Of a stretch of 36,206 nucleotides of DNA, positions 11,081 to 22,667 are shown one piece after another; position 1 is the stretch's first letter, and every line of letters begins with the position of its first letter. This DNA is from Octopus bimaculoides (lineage: Eukaryota). A program made the translations under genes and the position numbers. The DNA lies in contig NC_068989.1 of the NCBI RefSeq assembly GCF_001194135.2, positions 91,085,786-91,121,991 of the forward strand, in the 5' to 3' direction. The notes under the pieces are model-generated. The model was not told the origin of the DNA, did not search any database, and saw nothing but the letters and a program-made list of their open reading frames with translations.

Positions 11081-12734
11081 ATTTTCAACCAATCAACGGT
11101 GCCTACATGTCTTTTAACTTAAGGCTATCATCAATGTAACTTACACGTCCGTCCCTCTGCCATGGAAATGGCGATTTTGAAATGCAAACACATGCAAATG
11201 GTGATTTAGAAAATTTTAAATACAGTTAAAAGAAACAACATGGGAGACAAACCCCTTTTCTCCCCACAATCTAATGGAGGTCGACCCTCAAATATTTTGA
11301 AAGGCATTTTCTTTTTAGTAAAACTGGAATAAGAAATTTTCACAGCGTAATGCGGCAGGGATATTATTTTCTAAGCCGTTGCTCTGTAAACGCGTGCGTT
11401 CACATGAACATTCATAGCTAATAATAATCCTTGCAAAGAAGAAAAAATATGATGACGAAGAAGTAAAAGAAAAAGAATGACGAAAGAAAAGAAGAAAAAT
11501 GAGGTGGAGGGAGAGAAAAAGAAGAAGACTTTAATTCAATTTCCTGATATTCCGGTCGATCTATTTGTTGTTATATTTCCTCGCTGAAATTGGTATCATC
11601 TTGATATTTAACAGCATCTTACCCCAGCGAATCAAGATTAAGGTGTATTAACCAATCCCCTTTTGCCAAGAATATTTTATGAGTAAACTTTATTTATTTT
11701 TAATCCTTCATTTAGATTCATTCATGCACAACTTATTCGATTAATTCGATTATATTTTTTTTTTCTTCAAAGGTTCTTTTATACATGCATTTACTTCGCA
11801 GAAAGCAGAAAATTGAAAGCAGAAAAAATTAAACAGAATCAGAAAACGATTCGACAGAACAAAAAAAAAAAACTTCGAATAATCTTGAAGAAAAAGGATA
11901 AACAACATGAACGGAAGAAGAAGAAAAAAGGAAAACTTCTTATCGCTAGTCACGGGAAAAGAAAAGATAATTCAAATGACGTGAAAAAGAAATTTAAAGA
12001 CGCCATTTTGCCTTCCGTTTAACAGGTTTGGAAATTTGTTTTTATATATATATATCAAGTAATATTTGGCAATTTAGCAAGTGCTTATTGATGAATTTGC
12101 CACACACCTGTGATTTACTTCATTGCAATATGTATTAATATGGACCTTCTTCAAAGCAGAAGTGCTAGGAATACAGGCTTTTGGAATTGAAATTTTATAG
12201 CGTTTCTTATCAATCTGCATCCCTTTTAGCATTTTACATATACACATNNNNNNNNNNNNNNNNNNNNNNNNNNNNNNNNNNNNNNNNNNNNNNNNNNNNN
12301 NNNNNNNNNNNNNNNNNNNNNNNNNNNNNNNNNNNNNNNNNNNNNNNNNNNNNNNNNNNNNNNNNNNNNNNNNNNNNNNNNNNNNNNNNNNNNNNNNNNN
12401 NNNNNNNNNNNNNNNNNNNNNNNNNNNNNNNNNNNNNNNNNNNNNNNNNNNNNNNNNNNNNNNNNNNNNNNNNNNNNNNNNNNNNNNNNNNNNNNNNNNN
12501 NNNNNNNNNNNNNNNNNNNNNNNNNNNNNNNNNNNNNNNNNNNNNNNNNNNNNNNNNNNNNNNNNNNNNNNNNNNNNNNNNNNNNNNNNNNNNNNNNNNN
12601 NNNATATATATACATACGCACATGTGTGTGTATTATCTGTATCTATATATAAACGTATAAGTGTGTGTATCTGTGTGTATGTTGGTCTGTATAATATTTA
12701 TATATAAATACACACACACACACATAAGTATTTG

Positions 12735-12767
<33 letters not shown>

Positions 12768-12789
12768 GTTTGGCTTGCTTATCATCGCC

Positions 12790-13551
12790 TGCCTCGTTAG
12801 CTCAAGAATCGTGATCTGATTGAGATACTGTAAACTTCAGATATATTTAATAAAGCTGCAGGTTTTGATTTTTTTCCCCCCTGTCAAACCAGTATTTTCA
12901 TTCTCGGCCAGAAAATTCGTCAGTGTTATTTGCAAACCAGCTTCATAAATACACCCAGCCTAGAATATTTCTCTTAAATATACGTCAATGACTTCTGCAT
13001 ACCCTCGATACCTTGCAGCAATATCTAATTATTAATTCTCTTGGTATCCTTGTTGATATTCTCCTTGGTGCCTTCATATTATGCAAATGTTTCCCAGCAT
13101 TGTAGAAGTTTCCAAAGTTAATTCCGTAAGCTTTACTGCTGTTCTTTACACAGTGTTACTTCTTGAGTGTATTTAAAGCGTTAATTAATTCATAATAAAA
13201 TCCTTCATTTTGTTTGTTGTTTGATGTCCAATATTCGACAATAATAACTGGAGATCGTTCCGAAAAGGAATTCTCTCGAGGGAGAAACCGTTTTTCATAA
13301 TTATTTGGTAAACAGCTATTGCAGCTACGTGGTCTTCGGTTCAATACCTTGAACAATTGTCTTCTGCTGTAACCCCGGTTTTGCTATGGAATGGAAATCT
13401 ACTTTTTCGTTTTCTGAAAAAGCAACGGTTTGGACTTACGACACTTTCACATAATAACAACGATATACATACATACATACATACATACATACATACATAC
13501 ACACATACATACATATTTATATACATATATATATATATATANNNNNNNNNN

Positions 13552-13600
<49 letters not shown>

Positions 13601-13990
13601 ATATATAGATGTATATATATACGTATATATATATTATATATATGTATATATATGTGTGTATGTGTGTATGTGTGGGTTTGTGTGTGTTTATTTGTTTGTC
13701 CCTCGTCATCGCTTGACAACTGCTGTTGGTTTGGTTTTGTCTCGTAAACTGGTCATTAGGGCTGATTCCAGCCATTTTCTACAAGGAATTTTCTTTTTCC
13801 ACTCCAGGTCTTCAATTCATGTTTTGAAGCGGCGGATTTCTCACCAACAGTGTAGAATCTCTGCATATTTTAGCAAATGTCTGTATCGGTTATACCTTGT
13901 CTCCTGTTAATTTCCTTTCACCTTTACACCACATGACAGTATTTAATGTGAAGTTTTGTATCGAAGTTGTTGACATCTTCGCTTAACTGG
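12790..13990 (-). pseudogene. Possible highly decayed RTE-like AP-endonuclease fragment, split by a SINE
   Basis: Colinear motif remnants on minus, across frameshifts: DIC*NMQRFY (ICIQEHR-like), SPVIIVEYWTSNNKQNEGFYYELINAL (TIIxxYxPT...EEFYxxL-like), GNFYNAG (GDFNA-like) and SDH near 12805. Very degenerate. Confidence 0.3.
13305..13755 (+). mobile_element. Degenerate SINE type A with expanded internal microsatellite
   Basis: Head remnant GGTAAACAGCT...CGGTTCAATACCTTGAACAATTGTCTTCTGCTGTAACCCCGG, then a (TACA)/(TA) run, then TTTGTCCCTCGTCATCGCTTGACAACTGCTGTTGGTTTG. Confidence 0.65.
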
Positions 13991-14589
13991 GCTTCTAAAG
14001 TTGAGATATTTCATTACAACGATGCAAGAACCTATCTCTTCGGTGGAATTCGTTCTATAACCAAGTATCGATTGACTAGAAGGTGTTATATATCTTCATA
14101 TAGCCTCTAGCGATATCATCAATAACGCTTAACATGGGAATAATGTTTTTCGTCTGCCGTCGTCCAAAATGGTCTGTTGTCTAATGATATCTCGGAGAAA
14201 TTGGAAAAAATTTCTTCCTGAAGTGTGGCTTGAAATTGTTTTTAAGCTGTATATAAATTCTACTGACATCTCTGTCCGACCACTTTCATACCAAGATATA
14301 TGGGACGTACGTGACAGTTATGATATCGGTGACGGCGTCGGTGGTTTGTTTACGTGTTTACAGCTCTCTCCTATGCTAGCTTTTTGCTGTCTTCTAAAAA
14401 ATCAACTATAAATCAACTTTGTTTACATTTTTATCGCTCTCTGCTATAACATTTGCCGTTTCCAGAAAATCAACAAACATTACAGGAGTGGGAATAACAA
14501 CTGTTGTCTGCGACAGTTATTTTTGGCCAACAGAAGATATCCGCTTTCGAAGCTACTTATCTGTGTACCTCATTTATTTTACTCATTTA

Positions 14590-14909
14590 CTCATTTACTT
14601 GTTTCAGTCTTTTGACTGCGGCCATGCTGGAGCACCGCCTTTAGTCGAGTAAATCGACCCTAGGACTTATTCTTTGTAAGCCTAGTACTTATTCTATCGG
14701 TCTCTTTTGCCGAACCGCTAAGTTACGGGGACGTAAACACACCAGCATCGGTTGTCAAGCGATAGTGGGGGGGGGACAAACACAGACACAGATACATATA
14801 TATACATATATATATATGACGGGCTTCTTTCAGTTTCCGTCTACCAAATTCACTCACAAGGCTTTGGTCGGCCCGAGGCTATACTAGAAGACACTTGCCC
14901 AAGGTGCCA
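14590..14909 (-). mobile_element. SINE type A (runs into gap)
   Basis: Well-preserved copy matching 5283-5616 and 10011-10290. Confidence 0.9.
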
Positions 14910-15678
14910 NNNNNNNNNNNNNNNNNNNNNNNNNNNNNNNNNNNNNNNNNNNNNNNNNNNNNNNNNNNNNNNNNNNNNNNNNNNNNNNNNNNNNNNNNNN
15001 NNNNNNNNNNNNNNNNNNNNNNNNNNNNNNNNNNNNNNNNNNNNNNNNNNNNNNNNNNNNNNNNNNNNNNNNNNNNNNNNNNNNNNNNNNNNNNNNNNNN
15101 NNNNNNNNNNNNNNNNNNNNNNNNNNNNNNNNNNNNNNNNNNNNNNNNNNNNNNNNNNNNNNNNNNNNNNNNNNNNNNNNNNNNNNNNNNNNNNNNNNNN
15201 NNNNNNNNNNNNNNNNNNNNNNNNNNNNNNNNNNNNNNNNNNNNNNNNNNNNNNNNNNNNNNNNNNNNNNNNNNNNNNNNNNNNNNNNNNNNNNNNNNNN
15301 NNNNNNNNNNNNNNNNNNNNNNNNNNNNNNNNNNNNNNNNNNNNNNNNNNNNNNNNNNNNNNNNNNNNNNNNNNNNNNNNNNNNNNNNNNNNNNNNNNNN
15401 NNNNNNNNNNNNNNNNNNNNNNNNNNNNNNNNNNNNNNNNNNNNNNNNNNNNNNNNNNNNNNNNNNNNNNNNNNNNNNNNNNNNNNNNNNNNNNNNNNNN
15501 NNNNNNNNNNNNNNNNNNNNNNNNNNNNNNNNNNNNNNNNNNNNNNNNNNNNNNNNNNNNNNNNNNNNNNNNNNNNNNNNNNNNNNNNNNNNNNNNNNNN
15601 NNNNNNNNNNNNNNNNNNNNNNNNNNNNNNNNNNNNNNNNNNNNNNNNNNNNNNNNNNNNNNNNNNNNNNNNNNNNNN

Positions 15679-15714
<36 letters not shown>

Positions 15715-15730
15715 ATGTGCGTGCGTGTGT

Positions 15731-16250
15731 GTAGGACTGTTACAGCTCAGTAACAGAACTAAAATAGCCTCCCTGGAAGACCTAGTGATATGCAATCAAG
15801 CCTTATGCATAGGACTCATTTAAACGCACTTATAACCCGACATCGCATATGCAGAAATATACATACCAAAGTACGTGATATTGCGAAGCGATAGAAAAGA
15901 CAGGAGCCATGGTGGAGTTGCAATGTACATCCGTGAAAATCTCACGCCGCAGATCCTTCTGTCGCACGCAAACTCAGTGAATGACACGCTAATTGTACAT
16001 AGAAGACAAATCGACATAGTTATATGTACTACATATCGCCCACCAGATGCCCCAAATCACACAGGTTTATTCGAAGACTGTCTTGCAAGAATAAAAGGTT
16101 TTAACCAAAATAAGACACATCAGTGTACTTCTCATGGGAGACTTCAACCTGCCCAAAGTGAAATGGCCTGAAGGCCCTTTCTTCTTAGGAATGATGCAAT
16201 GTGAACAAAGTCAGATGGAATCCCTGCTCAACATCACTTACATGACATTA
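15731..16250 (+). pseudogene. LINE (CR1/L2/Jockey group) apurinic-like endonuclease domain remnant
   Basis: Frame from 15731: VGLLQLSNRTKIASLEDL...CIGLI*THL*PDIAYAEIYIPKYVILRSDRKDRSHGGVAMYIRENL...ICTTYRPPD..., then after a frameshift SVLLMGDFNLPKVKW. The ETxL, RxDR..GGV, YRPP and GDFN motifs appear in the canonical APE order. Two stops and one frameshift. Confidence 0.88.
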
Positions 16251-16264
16251 ATCGGCCCGGGATT

Positions 16265-16355
16265 GTAGTGAAAATATCACTTGCCTAACGTACCGCGCTG
16301 TGGGACTGAACCCCAAACCACATGGTCACAAAGCGGGCTTCTTAACCATGTAGCG
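16265..16355 (-). mobile_element. Degenerate SINE type A head
   Basis: CACTTGCCTAACGTACCGCGCTGTGGGACTGAACCCCAAACCACATGG resembles 5535-5580. Confidence 0.65.
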
Positions 16356-17419
16356 TTTATTGCATCTACTCCATAGCCATACCTGCACCTATATATTTTT
16401 TTGTGTTTACTCCAGTTTTGTGTTTATTCCATTTCTGATAGTGTTTCTCTATGGCTTCCGGTCAGTCCTTGTTCGTTATTTTTTACGCTGAATCTTGACT
16501 ATCTCATTTGAAGCTTTTAGCATTTTTGTTTATTGGGTAGGTCACAAATGATTGTTACGTTGATGATGTTTGTTTCGGTGGTGGTATCGATGGTGTTGAG
16601 GGAATTATCAGCGTTTTTCATTCAAATATTTCCCAATTTGTTGTATCCGCGTTATTGTCAAACCGCCATTTTCTTTTAGCATTGCACAGATTTATTTGTC
16701 TTTTATTTTTCTTTCGTCTCAACTGATAATAAGTATTTCGACATAATCTATTATCTTCGAAATGGTTTTGTTTTTCTAGCTGCTACTGTTTTCGTTTGCC
16801 TTTATGGATAACCAAACTGATAATTTTGTTGAGTTGGATTTACATCTATTTATTTTCGTGATATCCTCATGATAATTTTTGATCTTCCCAACAATACAAT
16901 AATATAAACAAGTACAAACAAGTATTTATCTATTAGACACTTAGTTGGTTCCTTAGTTGTTTAATCTTCTCAATCAATGTCAACATAAGCTCCGTGTTTC
17001 ATATCAATTGTATTAGTGACTCTGTCTCTCTGTAGGCGACAATTTCGGAAGCCTATTCTTCTCAAACAAAGATTTAAAAGACAACAATATCCTTAAACTT
17101 TAATTTTATATAGACCATGTAACATATTTGACGTTTTGGTTTCAAAAGATTATTGTAGAAAAGACGAGGAAATTATATTTAGAACGGACAAAGAAAAACG
17201 ATACATGATTTTGAAAGAAGGTCATTCGATTAACAGGCATATCTTCATTTATTAACACATAACCATTAGACATCTCCACTACCCTTGTATTTTATGCCCT
17301 CGTCTATTCTATAGAGCAACAGCAGCCATGGAAACTAGACCGTGGACGCGTTAACTATGCGCCATTCATAACAAATTTCACCGTTGTACAAACTTCTATT
17401 CAAATCACCGTCCTCGCTG

Positions 17420-17422
<3 letters not shown>

Positions 17423-17510
<88 letters not shown>
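17423..17510. repeat. (CA)44 microsatellite fused to a transposon end
   Basis: TA at 17421-17422, then CA repeats running into GGGTGTTCG. Confidence 0.95.
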
Positions 17511-17512
<2 letters not shown>

Positions 17513-18459
17513 GTGTTCGAGCTAAATCTGACAATGTTTTATGTTTCCTCTTTACAGGAAAAGCTTCATGTATTGATGGAAAGTTAACAGCGTTGAAGAG
17601 CATAAAGATTGTAGTTATAGTTGAGATAAAGTTAGCTGAAATGGAGGACTGGAAGCCATTTGGATATTGGAAAAGAGTTGCCTGTGTTATGGTTACGCGC
17701 GCCGGGTGTCAAAATGTCAACGTCATGCTGCTTAATGTTCCGTGAACACTGTAAAGGCTGTAAGACATAGCAAGGACAGCTGCAATGGAAACTACAAACC
17801 GCGTCCAGCAGGGGGGGGGGCGCACACAGCTGGTATTCTGATTGCGCACGCTGGAATTCATCCAACAACTGCAGGAGAAGATGATGGAAGATTTGAACTA
17901 GTAAATCTGGGATTTGACGAGAGAGATTGATGTTGGAGTCACCGCCATGAAGCTGGCCCGAAAGGAAGACCTTTCGGCCCAATTCAAACCACTATGTGGA
18001 GCTTCTGGAGACAGGCCAAAATCTGTCTGGAGAGGATTGCTGCTGGAACTCCAAATGTGTGGCATCAGGATTCGGTTCCCTGCTATACTTTTGGAAAGAG
18101 TAAGAATGTCTACGACATCACCAACCCCAGTTTCTGACCAGCCAATTCCCCCCGATTGTAATCCCATGGATTATTAAGTGTGAGGTGCAATTGAAAAGGA
18201 GACCAACCGCTCTGTCTTGGCACCAAAACCGAGCTAGAGGCCAAAATTAGGAGAAGAATGCATGCGCGAAGTTCCGTAGACGTCTTGAAGCCGTGATGGA
18301 AGCTGAAGAGGGCTACTTTGATGAAATTATTATTTCTCAGCTGTAATGTAGTTGACAGTTTTATTTGATTCTTTAAATATACTTTTGTTTTTGGATGAGG
18401 CATTGTGTTCTCTTTTCTTTTGATGCAACCTGTCAAATTTAACCCGAACACCGCGTGTA
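17509..18459 (+). mobile_element. Internally deleted, decayed Tc1/mariner transposon (DD37D/maT-like) with both TIRs
   Basis: 5' TIR CAGGGTGTTCGAGCTAAATCTGACA (17509-17533) matches the reverse complement of TGTCAAATTTAACCCGAACACCGCGTG (18431-18457), followed by TA. The transposase remnant at about 17970-18320 reads, across frameshifts, NHYVELLET...LERIAAGTPNVWHQDSVPCYT...F*PANSP/DCNPMDY*V*GAIEKETNR...CAKFRRRLEAVMEAEEGYFD. Confidence 0.88.
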
Positions 18460-19122
18460 ATTTTATTTGGGAAGGGGAGTAAGCTCCCATGAACTATTTT
18501 GCATCCATTCCCACTGTTAAGAGAATTAAAAAAACTAATGATAATCTTGAATAGAAGAAAAATGTGTTTTGGGAACCCTGTCTCTGAAACGACTGCAACA
18601 CAGAGCATGTAGTGTAACACAGGCAGCCGACCTAAAGGCATGTGAAGGCGCAGAATCGGGCAGTCGTACACTGGAAGGTCTCTTGTTAAATATATAAAGC
18701 TATTCTCTGGAATACATTACTGTAACTTGCTAATAATTTACCAAATAGTTCTCTGTGTTTCTTACAGCTAAACATACTATATTGTATTCTATTACATTTT
18801 ATACTTTTCAGATGTGGCTATAATCTCTGATAATCTAATAGATTAATGGGATCGGCAAAGTATGAAATAGAACAAGGATGATAGATGAGGCTTAAACGCA
18901 AGAAACAGTTAGCATAAAAGAATAACGAGTTGTTTCGATTTCAAAATACATCTGTTTATGAATTGGTCTTCCCTTATAAACATAAAACTCGTCAATCACT
19001 TAATCTCTCTCTACTTCTCTTTCTCTCTCCCTATTTACATATGCATCTATTTATCCATTTATCTATTAATCTGCCTGTCTGTCTCTCAATCTAGCAATCT
19101 ATCTACCTATCTATCTGTCTGC

Positions 19123-19125
<3 letters not shown>

Positions 19126-19219
<94 letters not shown>

Positions 19220-19256
19220 CCTACCTACCTACCTACCTACCTTCTTACCTGCCTAC

Positions 19257-19333
<77 letters not shown>
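19126..19333. repeat. Compound (CT)n-(CTGT)n-(CTAC)n-(CTAT)n microsatellite
   Basis: Directly visible. Confidence 0.97.
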
Positions 19334-19665
19334 GGTAATGGGGCTTCTGAGAATAGAGCCAGAAAAAGGAGACTTGCAATAAACACAGGACAGGCTGATA
19401 GAGTAACCGAATATTCACCAATGATGAATGAAAACACATTGAACAATTTTCTTCCCACGCATAAAAAAAAAAGAACGAGAAAAAGTGTGAAGTAAAATAG
19501 ACGCATTAGCAATGCGAACATTATGGACAGAAAGAAGAATGAAGAAATGAATGCGGCAGCAAATGAAGTTTGAGAATAATTTGGAATAAATATTAAAATT
19601 CTTTGGTCACGTTATGAAGGTGTATGGCGTAAGAAAGAGAATTTATGCCAGGCAAAGACTGTAAG

Positions 19666-19822
19666 TCCATGAAGAACGAGTCGATCATGCATGTTTCGAA
19701 TACAAGGGATCAGGAAGGAATTTGGTTGGAGAAATAACATTATAGAATCAGATGGAATTGCAGGATTGGCAACGGTAAATCCATGTGATCTTAGGAAGTC
19801 GGACACGACTTGACGCTACACA
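19666..19822 (+). mobile_element. RTE-clade LINE 3' end remnant
   Basis: From 19767: WQR*IHVILGSRTRLDAT, resembling the RTE/BovB terminal WRxxVHxVxKSRTRLxD; nucleotide motif AGTCGGACACGACTTGAC. Upstream SMKNESIM and IWLEK remnants. Confidence 0.55.
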
Positions 19823-19980
19823 GGCACTGGTGGTGTTTAAGAAGCTAACTTTCCGACTACGAGATTTCGGGTTCATTTCTCCTGCGACTAATCTTGAGCA
19901 ATATTCTTCTACCATAGCCCCGAAGCTATCGATACCATGTGAATGAATTTGGTAGACGGAAACTCTCTAGAAGATCGTGG
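19823..19980 (+). mobile_element. Degenerate SINE type A 5' half
   Basis: TGGTGTTTAAGAAGCT...CGGGTTCATTTC...CTTGAGCAATATTCTTCTACCATAGCCCCG...GTGAATGAATTTGGTAGACGGAAACT. Confidence 0.65.
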
Positions 19981-20399
19981 TATACCCCACCCCCACATTA
20001 ACACACACATATATATGTATTTGTGCATGTGTGCATGAATACTTTCACGAGACAACAATACATAAACAAGATATAATACAGCAATGCTCTTCCCATCACT
20101 AGACACGGAATCAATTTCTATCCATGGAACCTGAATATGCGGTGAAGCACCATCGAAGATTTTGAATCTAGTATTGCGGAACTTCTTCGTAGAACCTACT
20201 CTCAGGCGGCTCCCAATCATTTCTCAGAGGTACTTGCTCCGTCTTTCACCTTTATTCTGGTCCGGGCAGACCCGACCTACAGAAGCTTCATCATACAGAC
20301 CAGAACAACCCAATTCAGTTTGAATCAGACCTAGTTTCAATCTACACACGCACACAAGCGCACACCCCCGAACACACACTCACCTATTCGCCATGATAG

Positions 20400-20580
20400 A
20401 TCGCTAGCCATTAAACCTTAAACAAAAATTTTCTCTCTCTGTTTATTTGTATTGCTTTCTGTGAAGAGCGTAGGCTCGAAACGTAAAAGAATTTCTCACT
20501 TTTCGAGCGTTAAACTAATACATCTGTTTGTTTCATCCGTCTTCGTCTTTGTTTTTTTTGTAAATTCTCACTATATATAT
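20400..20580 (+). mobile_element. Penelope-like terminal-repeat fragment with hammerhead-like motif (second copy at about 27430-27600)
   Basis: CTTT CTGTGAA GAGC-GTAG-GCTC GAAA CGTA AAAG at 20455-20489. Downstream ...ACATCTGTTTGTT is shared with 27482-27560. Confidence 0.5.
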
Positions 20581-20777
20581 ATATAGTTATGGTATATTCT
20601 GTTAAGGACGTAGCAGAGTACAGTATAAAGCTTGCCCACCTTCATATTCTACCCTGTGCTATCCTTTAGTAGTATCATACGTATTTCCAGGTTTGCGTTT
20701 GGGCATCTGTCGAGTGTGAATAGATTATTGAATAAACTGGAGTCAACAAGGGGTACGGTTGGACATTTATTGTTTAA

Positions 20778-20881
20778 TCACTACAACTGTTTCCACGCAG
20801 CGTAGTTCTCCAGGTCTGCAGGTACTCGATTATGCAGCTGTTTCCCTGCATTGTGAGATGTAGTTGTGTTTCCTCAGGCGA
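20778..20881 (-). ncRNA. Tandem pair of degenerate hammerhead-ribozyme-like motifs
   Basis: Minus strand: TCGC CTGAGGA (26 nt) GAAA CAGCTG CA ... AGAC CTGGAGA ACTACGCTGCGTG GAAA CAGTTG TA GTGA. Confidence 0.45.
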
Positions 20882-21412
20882 TATGTAAATGTTGTCTCCG
20901 TAAGTTATACTAGGCCACGACAGAGAGTTCGGATGTTCTTGAAGATGAGGATTTGGAACTTACGGAGACAATATATATATATANNNNNNNNNNNNNNNNN
21001 NNNNNNNNNNNNNNNNNNNNNNNNNNNNNNNNNNNNNNNNNNNNNNNNNNNNNNNNNNNNNNNNNNNNNNNNNNNNNNNNNNNNNNNNNNNNNNNNNNNN
21101 NNNNNNNNNNNNNNNNNNNNNNNNNNNNNNNNNNNNNNNNNNNNNNNNNNNNNNNNNNNNNNNNNNNNNNNNNNNNNNNNNNNNNNNNNNNNNNNNNNNN
21201 NNNNNNNNNNNNNNNNNNNNNNNNNNNNNNNNNNNNNNNNNNNNNNNNNNNNNNNNNNNNNNNNNNNNNNNNNNNNNNNNNNNNNNNNNNNNNNNNNNNN
21301 NNNNNNNNNNNNNNNNNNNNNNNNNNNNNNNNNNNNNNNNNNNNNNNNNNNNNNNNNNNNNNNNNNNNNNNNNNNNNNNNNNNNNNNNNNNNNNNATATA
21401 TTATACAGTGAA

Positions 21413-21728
21413 GGCACATGGCTCAGTGGTTAGAGCGTCGAGCTTACGATCGTGAGGTTGTGAGTTCGATACCGGGACCGGGCTGCGTGTTGTGTTCTTG
21501 AGCAAGACACTTTATTTCACGTTACTTCAGTTCACTCAGCTGTAGGAATGAGTTGCGACATCACAGGTGCCAAGCTTTCCCTTGGATAAAATCGGTGGCG
21601 TGGAGAGGAGGAGGCTGGTATGCATGGGCGACTGATGGTCTTCCATAAACCACCTTGCCCGAACTTGTGCCTGGGAGGGTAACTTCGTTGGTGCAATTCC
21701 ATGGTCATTCGTGAGCGAAGGGGGTCTC
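21413..21728 (+). mobile_element. Apparently full-length tRNA-derived CORE-type SINE
   Basis: A box TGGCTCAGTGG (21419-21429), B box GTTCGATACC (21464-21473), CORE-like CTTGAGCAAGACACTTTATTTCACGTTACTTCAGTTCACTCAGCTG. Confidence 0.85.
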
Positions 21729-22618
21729 GAATATATGTATATATATGTATACATGAATATATAAATACGTGCATGTGTATCTGTCTCTATATATGTATAT
21801 TCACTGATTCATAGGTGTACTAATTTACCTATTCACGTAAAATGTCTATTTTATTTAAGAAATATTATTAACAATTAAAGAAAACGACGATAATTTATCA
21901 GCGAAAATATACAGCAAGCAAAAATACAAAAGAAGAAAAAGAAAATGGACGACAGTAGGGAAAAGAGAAATGATATTACCTGCAGCCACCCAACTGCTCT
22001 TAATACTCAAATGAATAAAACGATATGACACGTGACGTGAAGAGGAAATATAACTCAGCATAGAAAAGATTTACAACGCATCGTATTCTCTTTCGTTCTT
22101 TGGATAAATGAAAGATATCTGGCCATTGTGAATACTAAGCGACGGTTTAAGAAGTCTTTATCAATTTCCTTCTCGCCGTTAATTTATATTTCTGCAGTAT
22201 ATGTCTGGAACGTTGGATTATTTGTATGAAATATTCAGGAACACACACAAGTTAAATTTATAGGACACCCTATCGTTGATAACATGAAATAATATTGCAG
22301 TGAGTATGTGCGTATATGCACATGCCCTCACTCTCTTCCTCTCTCTCGTGCTCTCTCTCCATCACACATACACTTGTATATTTATTCTTGCCCATATATA
22401 CATATACATTATGCATATATATATATATATATATATATATAAACACACATTTATACATTTATATAGCTTGTGCATACGAGACTTTATGAATACAAATAAA
22501 CGTATGAATATAGAAATATTTCTATTTTAATGTAAACTTTGTGCACGTGCGTGTGTGTCTGTGTGTTTATAGACACACATACATAGAAGTATATATGTAC
22601 ACATACATACATACATAC

Positions 22619-22667
<49 letters not shown>

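Noticed and set aside
15774-15790. TGGAAGACCTAGTGAT, resembling miR-7
   Set aside because: It has an extra base, no hairpin partner, and lies in frame within the LINE endonuclease remnant.
17955-17980. GC-rich 11-bp hairpin (one mismatch) with an AAGA loop
   Set aside because: It lies inside decayed transposase sequence with no terminator or ribozyme context.
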